Source of the DNA: a virus | Taxonomy: Duplodnaviria; Caudoviricetes | IMG/VR virus record: IMGVR_UViG_3300028805_000074 | Span: 58,575 to 122,574 of that record | Strand: one strand, 5' to 3' | Length of the DNA: 64,000 nt | Shown here: positions 35,360 through 44,948 of the stretch, piece by piece | Layout: each line of letters begins with the position of its first letter | Position numbering within the stretch: position 1 is the first letter of the stretch | Position numbers and translations under genes: made by a program | The notes under the pieces: generated by a model | Told to the model about the DNA's origin: nothing | The model's input: only the letters and a program-made list of their open reading frames with translations | Database searches by the model: none

Positions 35360-36590
35360 TTTGTCTTGTAGAGTGGTGGGAGTCGAACCCACCGCGCACA
35401 TAGTACGCCCATTATAGCCCTGTCCCATGTCCCATCATAGTGCTTGCATACACAGTCACGGCTGACACCTTGTGCCCCCGTTGAGATTCGTTTGCCTCCA
35501 GACTTCACAGCACGCAAGCGGATAGTCCACTTCTGCCATATAGCACTCCTCCTCCGTAGTCGGATTTTATGTATCTCGATATGCTTGGAAATTCCACGTC
35601 GTTCTACAATGGCCGTTAGTATCGTTGCCTCACGCCAAACGATCATGCCTATCATGGGCGACAACGCCTTGCCGTCTTTCAAGTGGGGACACAATACGCC
35701 CACTGGCCATCATAACTCGCCCATAGCCAGGGCTACCACTGCACGCCTCTTGCGTGCTCGTCGGGGTCTGCCTCTCCTGCCTGTTTCGCGCCTCTAACGC
35801 TACTCTCCATTCAGGTATCCACTCACCCTCACTGCCTACTCATTACCGCCAATAGGCTGGCATACTCGCTGTCTATAGCCGAGGTCTCTACTCCCACACC
35901 GCTTTCGTGTTCACCCACTACCCAGCGCATCTGGTCATCGTCCCTCTGCGGTCTCTCCCGCCGTCCGTTTCGCTCGGAACCCACGCCCATCCGGGGCGCC
36001 GTCCACCTCTGGCTTCGTCATAGTGCAGTTCAGTCCACACACCTCAGGCCGTAGCACATCGTTTCCCGACGGTTGCTTTCTGCGTGGTAGGTCCTTTTTG
36101 CCGCCTGTCTCACGACGGTCGCCATATTCCGAGTCCACTCACGCAGGGCCGTCCGATACGCTTGGCGCATTAGGCTGCTTCATCCTGCTTACACCCAGTC
36201 CACATCCGCCGAGGTTGATAGACCTCTCGTGCGGATCCCCCTCTGTGCATAGCACACCCATTGGGGGCAAAGGTTGCGAGTTGTTCAATCTGTCAAAGAG
36301 CGGGCAGCCGTTTAGGGCTGTGGTCCGTAGGACCAATGACCATTGTCATCCACCACCCGACCTTTAGGTCGGAGCAGCTCGGGCACTTGGCTCAACCGCT
36401 TTGCGGTTCCACCGATAGGTGGCGAGTGGCTTGGTTCCTCTTTCCCGTAGGGAACCCCGACGGCTGCTAACGAGGCGGACGCCATCGTTGTGTGTGCAGA
36501 TAGTGGGCAAGTCGGATTCGGACCGCCCCTAACCCCTTGGGGTTAGCCGCACCGACTGCGGTAAGCCCTACGGCTATAAGCCGTAAGCCG
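35360..36590 (-). ncRNA. Candidate long structured RNA or leader
   Basis: About 1.2 kb with no credible ORF, many short hairpins, a T-arm-like element and boxA. Confidence 0.35.
36291..36302 (-). promoter_or_regulatory. boxA-like antitermination motif CGCTCTTTGACA
   Basis: Close to the rrn/lambda boxA consensus (t/c)GCTCTTTA(ACA); lies upstream of the long leftward operon. Confidence 0.5.
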
Positions 36591-37565
36591 TTAGGCTACC
36601 TTGGCAGCCTTGCTACCTGTGGTAGCAGTGCTCTCCTTGACCGCCTTGCCTGCTGCTTTAGCAGCAGCAGCGAGTTTCTTCTCGGCCTCGGCAGCGTCGT
36701 GTGCCTGCTCAGCCACCTCGGATGCTTTAGCATCCTTGGCAGCCTTGAGTGCTGCTAAAGCAGCAACCTGAGCGTTCAGCAACTCGGTACGAACTTTCAG
36801 TTCGTCGTCGGTGAACACCTTGGCCTCCGACCAACGGAAGTTGAGCTCTAAGGTCTCAAAGAGACCATAGGCCGACCAACCTTTGCGCTCTCTCAGAGTG
36901 TACTTGTACACTCTCTTGCCGTCTTTCTTAACGGCTTTGCCGTTCTTGCGGACGGCTGAGCGGCTGATGACACCGGCCTTTAGGCCGTCGGCTGTACCGA
37001 CCATGAGGAAAGGGCTTATGCCCTTTAGCAGGGCGGGGGTAATCTGCTGCTGCTTGGTGATGCCGATAGTACCGTACAGAGTACGGTAGGTGTTCCACTG
37101 ACGCTTGGTCTCTGCTATAGCAGAGGTCAGGCTCTTCTCCTCGGCTTTAGCCGACTTCTTGGCGTTAGCGACTTCGTCGCTGTCCTGCGGCATGGCGCCC
37201 ATAGCACGACCAAGCAGGTCAGTCAAGCCCTGCTCAACCTTATGGTTGACGACGATTGCAGCATCCGTCTCGTCGCCTGTGCCCATGTTGCAGCGGAGGG
37301 TAGCGAGAGCATAGCTCTCGTTGTCGAAACGCTCCTTGAGGGTAGCGACTTTGTCGCTATGCTTCTGCTTGTCTTTCTTAGCCTTGCTAAGAAGCGACTT
37401 CACCTCGTCGTAGCGGTGCTGAACGTCTTCGACGTTAGCGGGTACGGGGGCGTCCTGCGGCTGTGGTGCAGGAGCGTTGCCGTTCTTGCGGTTCTCAACT
37501 TGCTGCTTTGCAGCGTTCGTGTTCTCGTTCTGTGCGCCATTGCGCTTGTTGTTACGTGTTGCCAT
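36591..37565 (-). CDS. Basic Ala/Lys-rich coiled-coil protein
   Basis: Start moved to MATRNNK, downstream of promoter element TATATTTG at 37625-37632. Confidence 0.7.
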   Translation of the reverse strand: MATRNNKRNGAQNENTNAAKQQVENRKNGNAPAPQPQDAPVPANVEDVQHRYDEVKSLLSKAKKDKQKHSDKVATLKERFDNESYALATLRCNMGTGDETDAAIVVNHKVEQGLTDLLGRAMGAMPQDSDEVANAKKSAKAEEKSLTSAIAETKRQWNTYRTLYGTIGITKQQQITPALLKGISPFLMVGTADGLKAGVISRSAVRKNGKAVKKDGKRVYKYTLRERKGWSAYGLFETLELNFRWSEAKVFTDDELKVRTELLNAQVAALAALKAAKDAKASEVAEQAHDAAEAEKKLAAAAKAAGKAVKESTATTGSKAAKVA

Positions 37566-37744
37566 AACTCGAATTGATTTTGAAGTTTGATTTTGAGTGG
37601 CGATGGACTTTCCAAAGCCTACCCCAAATATAATGCGTTTTTGAGCGTTTGTCAAGCCCCCCGAAACCAACTTAGTTTAACACTTCGTAAGAAGTGATTA
37701 AACAAAGTTAATGTCCGATTTCGCCGTTTCAGCCCTTTTGCGTC

Positions 37745-38320
37745 CACCGCGTATGGGCGCCCAATTTACGCCTGCCCAACTGCGCCCACCCCCACCGCGT
37801 GTTGGGCGTCCAGCCCACGCCCATTTTTGGGCGCCCATTAGTGGGCGACCACGCAGGGGCTTTGTGGCTGCCCATTGCGCGGTTAGGTGGCCGTCCAATG
37901 TCGGGCGTCCACCTCGGCCCACGATCTGCGCCCACCTGGCTCCACGTTCCCCGTCCACCTCCGTCCATCTGGCCTCCCACGTTAGGCCGCCATCCCCGTC
38001 CACCATTCGCGGTTAGGGGCTGCCACAACTCCCGCCCCCGTCCACCTCCATCGCGCGGTTAGGTGGCCGCCCAACTTTCGGCAGCCCATTGGAACCCCAC
38101 CCACGTTTCGGGCCCCCACCCTCATGCGGATGGGCGTCCAATTCCGACCACGTTTCGGCTCCCCATTGGGCGTCCACCCGTCGCCCAGCCCCCTTGCGTC
38201 GCGGTCTTGATTACCATCCTTCGTGACGCAAGCGGGCACAAAAACAGAATGTATCGGGGGACGACCTGCGCCACGCCCGCCCACATTTCGCCCCTGCGTA
38301 ATGTGGACCCACGTATATGG
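37745..38320. repeat. Degenerate GC-rich, strand-skewed repeats
   Basis: Recurrent CGCGGTTAGG, GGGCGTCCA, CCCACGTT and CCCATT motifs. Confidence 0.55.
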
Positions 38321-38325
38321 AGCCA

Positions 38326-38358
38326 AACAAAAAACCCCTCCCCCAAAGGGGGAGAGGC
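38326..38358 (-). terminator. Intrinsic terminator
   Basis: CCTCTCCCCC-TTT-GGGGGAGGGG followed by TTTTTTGTTT on the minus strand. Confidence 0.7.
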
Positions 38359-38390
38359 TCGGACTGGTGGTGGTCGTTAAGCCTTTAGGC

Positions 38391-38984
38391 TTACTTGCTG
38401 GCCTTGCCTGCCTTTGCGCCCTTGGCCTTACTGCCCTTAGGGGCAGTAGCCTTTGTGGTCTTGGGCTTGCTTTCGCCCTTGGCCTTACCACCCTTAGGGG
38501 TGGTAGCCTTGGTGTCGGCAGCGGCCTTCAGTCCTGTAAGGACTGCCTCGGCGAAGACCTTCTCGCGCTTGGGCTCGACCTTGGCCAGGCTTGCAGCGAT
38601 AGCCTTGCTATCGCCCTTCACGAGGTTGCAGTCGGTCAAGATTGCAATAGCAATCTTCTCGCGGTTAGCCTTGACGTCGAGGTCGTCGTTAAAACCCTTT
38701 AGGGTTTTGCCGGCCTTGTTGGTAGCGAAGCCCCAAATCAGAGATTTGGCATAGTTCCGAGTGTGGTTGCCGTTGGCAATAGGACCGAAGGCAAAGCCTT
38801 CGCGAGGCTTTTCGCAGGTCTGTCCAAGCGAGTAGGCCACCACGAGGCGGATGGCGTGGTCGTAGACCACGTCGTACTCGGTTCGGGTCACCACAACCCT
38901 TTGGGTTGTCTTAGCGTTGTTCACTGCGTTCTTGCTCTCGGTGTTAACACCCTTGGTGTTACGTGCTGAATTTTGAGTTTTCAT
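38391..38984 (-). CDS. Basic protein with a histone H1-like Lys/Ala/Pro tail
   Basis: C-terminus PKGGKAKGESKPKTTKATAPKGSKAKGAKAGKASK; promoter element TAACTTTG at 39039-39046. Confidence 0.7.
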   Translation of the reverse strand: MKTQNSARNTKGVNTESKNAVNNAKTTQRVVVTRTEYDVVYDHAIRLVVAYSLGQTCEKPREGFAFGPIANGNHTRNYAKSLIWGFATNKAGKTLKGFNDDLDVKANREKIAIAILTDCNLVKGDSKAIAASLAKVEPKREKVFAEAVLTGLKAAADTKATTPKGGKAKGESKPKTTKATAPKGSKAKGAKAGKASK

Positions 38985-39180
38985 AAAATTTTAATTTTAT
39001 GCCCTGACAAGCGGGCCGCTTTTGGCTGATTGCCGATGCAAAGTTACGGCAAAACGGCGGGCGCTACGTGCGCAAAAGACTGCGCGCGCCCACCGGGCTA
39101 AGCCCCCTGAGCGCGCAGGGTTGTGGAGTCTTGGCGCGCGCGTCCACGCCAGTTTCGGCTCTCAGCCCCATTTCGACGGC

Positions 39181-39368
39181 CAACCCTTAAGGGTTGCGAC
39201 CAAATCCGACCCACTCTGGCGACCCCTTAATGCACAACCCTTAAGGGTTGCCGACCTCGCTGCCCAGTCCGTCCCACTATGGCGACCCCCTAAGGCTCAA
39301 CCCTTAAGGGTTGTCCATCTCGGTTGCCGACCCTGCCAACGGCATCGGCTCAAACTCCTAAGAGTTTG
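39181..39368. repeat. Array of 16-bp perfect palindromes CAACCCTTAAGGGTTG
   Basis: Copies at 39181, 39235 and 39298, plus variant CAAACTCCTAAGAGTTTG at 39351. Confidence 0.85.
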
Positions 39369-39716
39369 GCGGTCTCGGTGTCCGACCTCTCGGCATCGCT
39401 ACCCCTCCACGCATATTTACAAGACCTGCGTTCTTGCTCTCCGCGCGCGAGGCTCCCCAGCGAGGCGAGGGATGTTCTCTGCGAAAAGAAAAAAAAAGAA
39501 AAAAAACTGCGCAGTTTGTTGCAGTAAAATTCCAAAAGAATAAAAGGCAAGTAAAGATTCTGCAGTGTTTCTTTACTTACCTTTTAGTTATTTATATGCA
39601 ACTTAACTATTATTTAATTGTTAAATCAATGCGTCTTTTAACATTTTAAGTGTTAAACTGTTAATCCTATATTAAATAGTATAAAGGTACGCGCGTACAT
39701 TATATATATAGGGCGG

Positions 39717-40232
39717 TCAGCACTTCGCCAGGCTGATGCGGTCGAGCCGGGCGGCGACCTCCGCCAGCCGCAGGTTGAGATCGTCGCAGTCCGTCTTGCT
39801 GACATTGCCATAGGTGATGCTCTTCTTGATAAGCATCACGTTCTGGTATGTGCTGTCGCTCCAGCCAAGGGTGGCCGCCACGAAGGGCTGCACCTTGATA
39901 TACGGCTTCAGCCTCTGCTTGATCTGGTCGACGCAGGCCTTGCAGTAGCAGCCGCCACCCTGCTTGTGCTCCTCATGGGCGGCATCGTAGGCAATATAGA
40001 TATCGGCTATCTCTCGGGCCAACTGGTGCAGGCCGTCCTCCAGCATCTGCACGCTGTGGTCGCTCAGCGTCGTGGGCTGCCCCGTCTTTCCGTCGGGCGT
40101 ACCGCACAGCGCCTTGCTCAGCCGCTGCGGATTCAGGTAGGAGAGCCGGGCCAGGGCTGCCACCTTGATACCGTCGTTGTCGAGGTAGTCCTTCAACTGT
40201 CGTACTGTGATTTCTATCCTTCGTGGTTCCAT
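39717..40232 (-). CDS. Putative HTH DNA-binding regulator
   Basis: GIKVAALARLSYLNPQRLSKAL HTH-like segment; own promoter TTTG-N20-TATCTTTG at 40254-40285. Confidence 0.55.
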   Translation of the reverse strand: MEPRRIEITVRQLKDYLDNDGIKVAALARLSYLNPQRLSKALCGTPDGKTGQPTTLSDHSVQMLEDGLHQLAREIADIYIAYDAAHEEHKQGGGCYCKACVDQIKQRLKPYIKVQPFVAATLGWSDSTYQNVMLIKKSITYGNVSKTDCDDLNLRLAEVAARLDRISLAKC

Positions 40233-40500
40233 ATCGTTTGTTGAATTTTGCCACAAAGATATAATATATTTTTGAGCCGTACAAACTTTTCAGCAACAAT
40301 CTTCCTGCGCCCGTTTCACTTTTAACATTTCCACTCTTGCGCGTACATTATAATTAAATATAAGCAACTAAGAAGAAACCAAATGTTAAACGCAAAAAAC
40401 GGAGGCTCCCCGTGATAAGCCTCCTGTTTTGGATTGTTGTCTCTTCAGGATGTAGTCCGCCACCCGCTACGTCAGCCGCGATGATGTCCTGAAGTACCTA

Positions 40501-41007
40501 TTACTCGTTATCTCCGTTGTCGCCACCGCCACCTGATGGGGTGTCGTCGCCGCCGTCGGTCGGGGTGGTGTCGGTAGAGTCGGCATCGTCGGTGGGCTCG
40601 CCATCGCGCTTCCAGGAGACGCTGCTGGCGAACTGCTGCTGAACGGCCTGGCTGATGGTGGCTCCGATAGTGCTCTTGGCGGTGGCCACGTTGAGCATGT
40701 CGGCGGTGGCTGCCTTCACGACGTTGCCGTCGTCGTCGAGCACGTCCTTAACGGAGCACGAGATCTGTGGATAGACGGTCAGCACGTCGGCCATCTTCAC
40801 TCGGTGGCCGCGCTGCACGTTGCGCACCACCACCTGCATGTATCGACGAATGATGCTCGCCACAATCTCTGGCGAGACGCCCATGCCCTCTGACACCTCG
40901 TCCTTGATGTCGTCGGAGGTCAGGGTGCTGTAGGATTTCGGACTGCAGAAGAACGAGTGGGTGCCCACTGTGGTGTTCTCCTTGATGACATATTTAATTG
41001 TAGCCAT
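40501..41007 (-). CDS. Bacteroidetes HU-related DNA-binding protein
   Basis: HU-like core (RGHRVKMADVLTVYPQIS) with acidic G/D/T tail typical of the Bacteroidetes HU-related family. Confidence 0.65.
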   Translation of the reverse strand: MATIKYVIKENTTVGTHSFFCSPKSYSTLTSDDIKDEVSEGMGVSPEIVASIIRRYMQVVVRNVQRGHRVKMADVLTVYPQISCSVKDVLDDDGNVVKAATADMLNVATAKSTIGATISQAVQQQFASSVSWKRDGEPTDDADSTDTTPTDGGDDTPSGGGGDNGDNE

Positions 41008-41250
41008 ACTTGGAAATCTTTTTTAATTGGTTGAACATTGATGATGATGAAAACTCTGTTTCTCACTGCGGGCGGTGGTGACCCGGGCCAGTCACGGGTA
41101 GTGACCCGGAGCATTCACCACGGTGACCGCCGGCAATCACTGTGGTGATTGCGCAGGGCTGGCGCGGGGATTGATATTTTTCATTGGAAATTATTTGTTA
41201 AATTTTGCTAAGATGTTGTTACTTTTTTGCCCGTTTTGCCCTAAAACCGT

Positions 41251-41703
41251 TTAATCCGTGTCATCGGCGGTCGGTCGCTCGTACTTAATCTGGCCGAGCT
41301 TGGGGACGGGCTTGGTCAGTTTCTTGTACTTCGACTGACTACTGTAGCGGTTGCGCGGGTCATCAGGATGCCGGAAGAAGGCCTTGCGCGTAGGGTCGAA
41401 TCGCCGCTGCTCCAGCTCGCGGCGCATGTTGCGCGTTGGTGTAAACTTCAGCGTCCGTTTGGCTGGCAGCGGCACCATGCGGTCGATGCCCTTCTCCGGG
41501 CGGTAGTAATGGTAAGAGCGGGCGGGGACTTCCTTCACGCTCATCGTGCCGAAGCTCTCGACCACCACGATGCCGGAGCCCTCGGTCAACTCCTGGCGCC
41601 ACTCGTCGAACGACGCCTTCAGCACCTCCTCCACCGTCGGCAGCGCAATGCCGCTGCGCTTCGATATCTTCCGCGCCATGCGGGTTAAACTGTTTTGTGA
41701 CAT
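41251..41703 (-). CDS. HU/IHF-family DNA-binding protein
   Basis: VVESFGTMSVKEVPAR...VPLPAKRTLKFTPT. Confidence 0.75.
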   Translation of the reverse strand: MSQNSLTRMARKISKRSGIALPTVEEVLKASFDEWRQELTEGSGIVVVESFGTMSVKEVPARSYHYYRPEKGIDRMVPLPAKRTLKFTPTRNMRRELEQRRFDPTRKAFFRHPDDPRNRYSSQSKYKKLTKPVPKLGQIKYERPTADDTD

Positions 41704-41985
41704 AACTATTCTGAAATTTTAATTGTTGAACTATCGTTCGACTTTTCTCACGCTCGGAGGACCTGATGCAAGCATCGTCCCCGCTCGCTTAATCGAAAAG
41801 TTAATCTTCGTTATAACTGTGTTACTTTTTTGATGATTCTGTCCTCACTGGGTCGCTTCGCTCGAAATTTACTGAAAATTTGGCTGAAAATTTCTTTTTT
41901 CTCTCGACTACGAATTACACGAATTGAATAATTTTCAGTATAATTTTCGGATAATTTTGAGGAGCCTTGGCGACGACCACCCCTA

Positions 41986-42306
41986 TCAGACTATCAAGTC
42001 GAAGTCATCGGCGCGGAGGATGCAGACATCACGGAGTCGGCGGGTCTGGCCACTGCTGGTGAACTGGACTAAGCGCGACGGATAAGCCCCGGGGCAGTTC
42101 GGCGGGACATCCACCGATAAAGTCACACACTCCTCCCCCAGGATCATGTCGCCATTCGACGCCGCCACATACCACACCCGCCAGGGAATCCTCTCCTGAA
42201 CCTCCCTCACCACGAAGCCGCCACGACCGTCGGGCACACGGGCCTTCACCATCCGCGTCCGCTCCGCCACGCGACGGAGTTCACTTAATGCTAATACCTT
42301 TGTCAT
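41986..42306 (-). CDS. Hypothetical phage protein
   Basis: 106-aa ORF. Confidence 0.65.
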   Translation of the reverse strand: MTKVLALSELRRVAERTRMVKARVPDGRGGFVVREVQERIPWRVWYVAASNGDMILGEECVTLSVDVPPNCPGAYPSRLVQFTSSGQTRRLRDVCILRADDFDLIV

Positions 42307-42324
42307 AACTACGAATTATACGAA

Positions 42325-43044
42325 TTATACGAATTTTTTCAGCAGGCCGAGCCACCATGTGCGCTTCTTCACGATCCACCATCCGGCACAGACGGCGAGG
42401 GCTACGAGTACCAGACGGCCAAGCCATATCTGCAGCTGCTGCCACCAGGAGAGCGGCTTCGACACCTCCTTGATTTCCGTCTGCTTCTGCTGCTGCAGCA
42501 GGGAGTCGGAGTGCGCTATCTGCTGTCGCATGATGTTCATGGTCGAGTCCATCACCTCCAGGCGGTGCATCATCACCTCGCGCTCGTGGCGGTCGGTCTC
42601 GCTGGTCGTCTCGCGTACATTGTTGATGATGATCTTCTCGCGGATGGTGTCGCCGGAAGCACTGAGCGTGACGCTGTGACTGGTGTCGCTCTTCTCGCGG
42701 ATGCTCTGGAACTGCTTCAGGATGGTCTCACGCCATGCCGAGTCCTGCTGCACGACGGTGCGCGTCGCCATCAGCGAGTCCATGCGCTGCAGCATGTCGG
42801 TGATACGGTGGTCGGTCACGTCGCTGGAGATTATCTTCTGAGGTGTGCAACTGGTCATCAGACTGAGGACCACCAGGGCGGCCAGCATCAGGATGAACGC
42901 GACGAACGATCGCCAGAGGTACTTCACTGTCAGCTTCTGGTATTCCTCGAACTCCTCCTTGGTCATGTGCTCCGGCATGGGGTTGTAGTACATCCCCATG
43001 GGGTCGCTTGGGTCGAAATAGTTGTGAATCATACGCATGTACAT
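42325..43044 (-). CDS. Spanin-like lysis accessory membrane protein or lipoprotein
   Basis: Hydrophobic segment ending LMTSC, coiled-coil middle, C-terminal KPLSWWQ plus TM. Confidence 0.5.
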   Translation of the reverse strand: MYMRMIHNYFDPSDPMGMYYNPMPEHMTKEEFEEYQKLTVKYLWRSFVAFILMLAALVVLSLMTSCTPQKIISSDVTDHRITDMLQRMDSLMATRTVVQQDSAWRETILKQFQSIREKSDTSHSVTLSASGDTIREKIIINNVRETTSETDRHEREVMMHRLEVMDSTMNIMRQQIAHSDSLLQQQKQTEIKEVSKPLSWWQQLQIWLGRLVLVALAVCAGWWIVKKRTWWLGLLKKFV

Positions 43045-44162
43045 AAATGATTATAGGCGCAATATACGCATTCGCGGCGGCGGGCGCAAGGGCAGCGGTG
43101 CGGATTGTATTTGTTTAGTGGCGGGCGACGGGCATAAAGAACCCCGCCATCCAGTCGAAAGCTACAACGAAAGGACAGCGGGGCGGCCGGCGGGTCAACG
43201 CGAACAACGGGAACGTCGGTCGTATGGGGTTCGGGACAGACGGCAGGCTGTGGTGGGTGTCAGGCGGGATACCTGCCGTTTTAGGGTGAAGGGGAACTGC
43301 CCCGAATGGGGCCCCACGCTCAGGCACTGAAGTATTTCTTGGCCGCAGTTGCCGGCGTGGGGTATCTAATCTTTATGGCATTCAAAGATCACTCTCTAAT
43401 CTGGGTGACAAGGCTGCGGTTAAGCGAGAGCCATGATGCTTGTATCAATGGCCGAGCGTGAGCAGACTCGCAGCGGTTTATCTCATAAAACCGCTGCAAA
43501 GGTACGAAGATTTCCTGAGACTGCCAAGCGTGCGCTCGCTTTCATTGAGGCGGGCGGCCTGTGTAGTTGGCGGCGGATTGCACGGAAACACCGATGTACA
43601 GGGCGTTTCGCGAGGGCGAAAAATTTTCGCTTTGTAGTTGGCAGTTTAGAGAATGATGGCGCAAAATGCGCTGCTCGGGATTTTGTAACGCACTGATTTT
43701 CAATTTATTACACCGCCTCGAAGCGCCGATTTCGCGCTAAATTTGCGCTTATTTTTCATACTTCATATATTTTTATAGTAAAATTTTAATTGAAAAACGA
43801 TAACGTAATACTATACTATATACGTAACTTATTGATAATCAACTTCTTTTCTTATTTTTATATCCTATTTTTCTCTTAGTGGGGTACGGGGAGTTTGCCG
43901 TGTGAATGCAGTTAAAAGTGTGATTTTTTATAAGAGAAAAGTTTCGGTGAAAATAGCGCATTTTATGAAAACAGAGCGCAATCGATTTTCAACACCTTGA
44001 TTTTCAATCGGTTACAATTTGAAAATCCTTTCATGGCTTTTACACAGGTATGAAAATCCAATGAAAACGATGAAAACGATGAAAACGAGGCTTCGGCAGT
44101 CAGGGCGGTTTTTAACACGAATTATCACGGATGATGGCGGTTTTCTGCAGGAAAATGTGTAC

Positions 44163-44246
44163 CTTTGACCTACGGTCGAAGATACTCACGCTCGAAAAAA
44201 CTCAAATAAATATTTGGTTTTTTGCTCGCTTATTCGTATCTTTGCA
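44163..44246 (+). repeat. Bacteroidales dispersed promoter-bearing repeat (inverted copy at 11863-11943)
   Basis: TTGACC...GAAGATACT..GCTC.GAAAAACTCAAATAAA.TTTGGTTTTT.GCTC.CTTA.TCGTATCTTTGCA shared by both loci. Confidence 0.7.
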
Positions 44247-44252
44247 GCCAAT

Positions 44253-44852
44253 ATGGAAAGGAACTTCGAGCCACCACCCGTAACGTGGCTGAGGGTGACG
44301 GACTTTATGCACGGGTGGATTCAGAGAGAGCTTGGAGGCGGGGCAACAATCAGGGAGAAGAAGGTGGTAACGGTGCAGCACCTGGACGGTGCCAGGGACG
44401 TGCTGCGCATGGAGACGACGGACAACACGGCGCTGGCGGCTACGGACGTGGGCACGGTGATGTCGGCCGCACTGCGCAACGCCATCGACGCCGGCATGCG
44501 CTACGACGCTGCGGCCGTGGAGCGTGAGTATGGGCTGACCAAGGACGTGCTCGAACTGTACGTGCCGATAGAGTGCCCGAAGAACGCAGTGACCGAGGAC
44601 GGCGTGCTCAGGCCCTGGAGCCAGGACACGTGCTTCACTCACAAGCAGGCCGTGGCCATGCAGCGGCTGCTGAGAGAGGTGTTCTGGCAGGCCGTGAGCG
44701 ACTACGCCCAGGAGTACGCCCGCGAGCACCGTGGCGAGAAGTACGCACAACAGGACATGATTGAGGCCTTCTGCCAGGCGAACGGTACCGACGATATCCA
44801 TGTGCCGGCGATCAGGAGGGAGTGGCAGAGGAGGCAAAAACGTCTGAAATGA
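44253..44852 (+). CDS. Hypothetical protein
   Basis: ATG just downstream of the TATCTTTG promoter element. Confidence 0.7.
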   Translation: MERNFEPPPVTWLRVTDFMHGWIQRELGGGATIREKKVVTVQHLDGARDVLRMETTDNTALAATDVGTVMSAALRNAIDAGMRYDAAAVEREYGLTKDVLELYVPIECPKNAVTEDGVLRPWSQDTCFTHKQAVAMQRLLREVFWQAVSDYAQEYAREHRGEKYAQQDMIEAFCQANGTDDIHVPAIRREWQRRQKRLK

Positions 44853-44948
44853 CGTTTTTGGGTGCCACCTTGAACTTTGAACTTTGCGCTCGACCTCTGG
44901 TCGCTTGCTACCAACGGGACGCAAGAACCTTGAACCCAACGCCCTACC

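Noticed and set aside
35376-35392. tRNA gene
   Set aside because: Only a T-arm is present; I could not build acceptor, D and anticodon arms.
37698-38491. Pro/Arg/Gly-rich ORFs in the repeat field
   Set aside because: These are low-complexity translations of non-coding repeats lying between a terminator and a promoter.
39181-39368. Mini-CRISPR made of the palindromes
   Set aside because: The repeats are only 16 bp and the spacers resemble each other.
43050-43504. Riboswitch in the long region upstream of the spanin-like gene
   Set aside because: A promoter element and a dispersed repeat are present, but I recognise no aptamer consensus.
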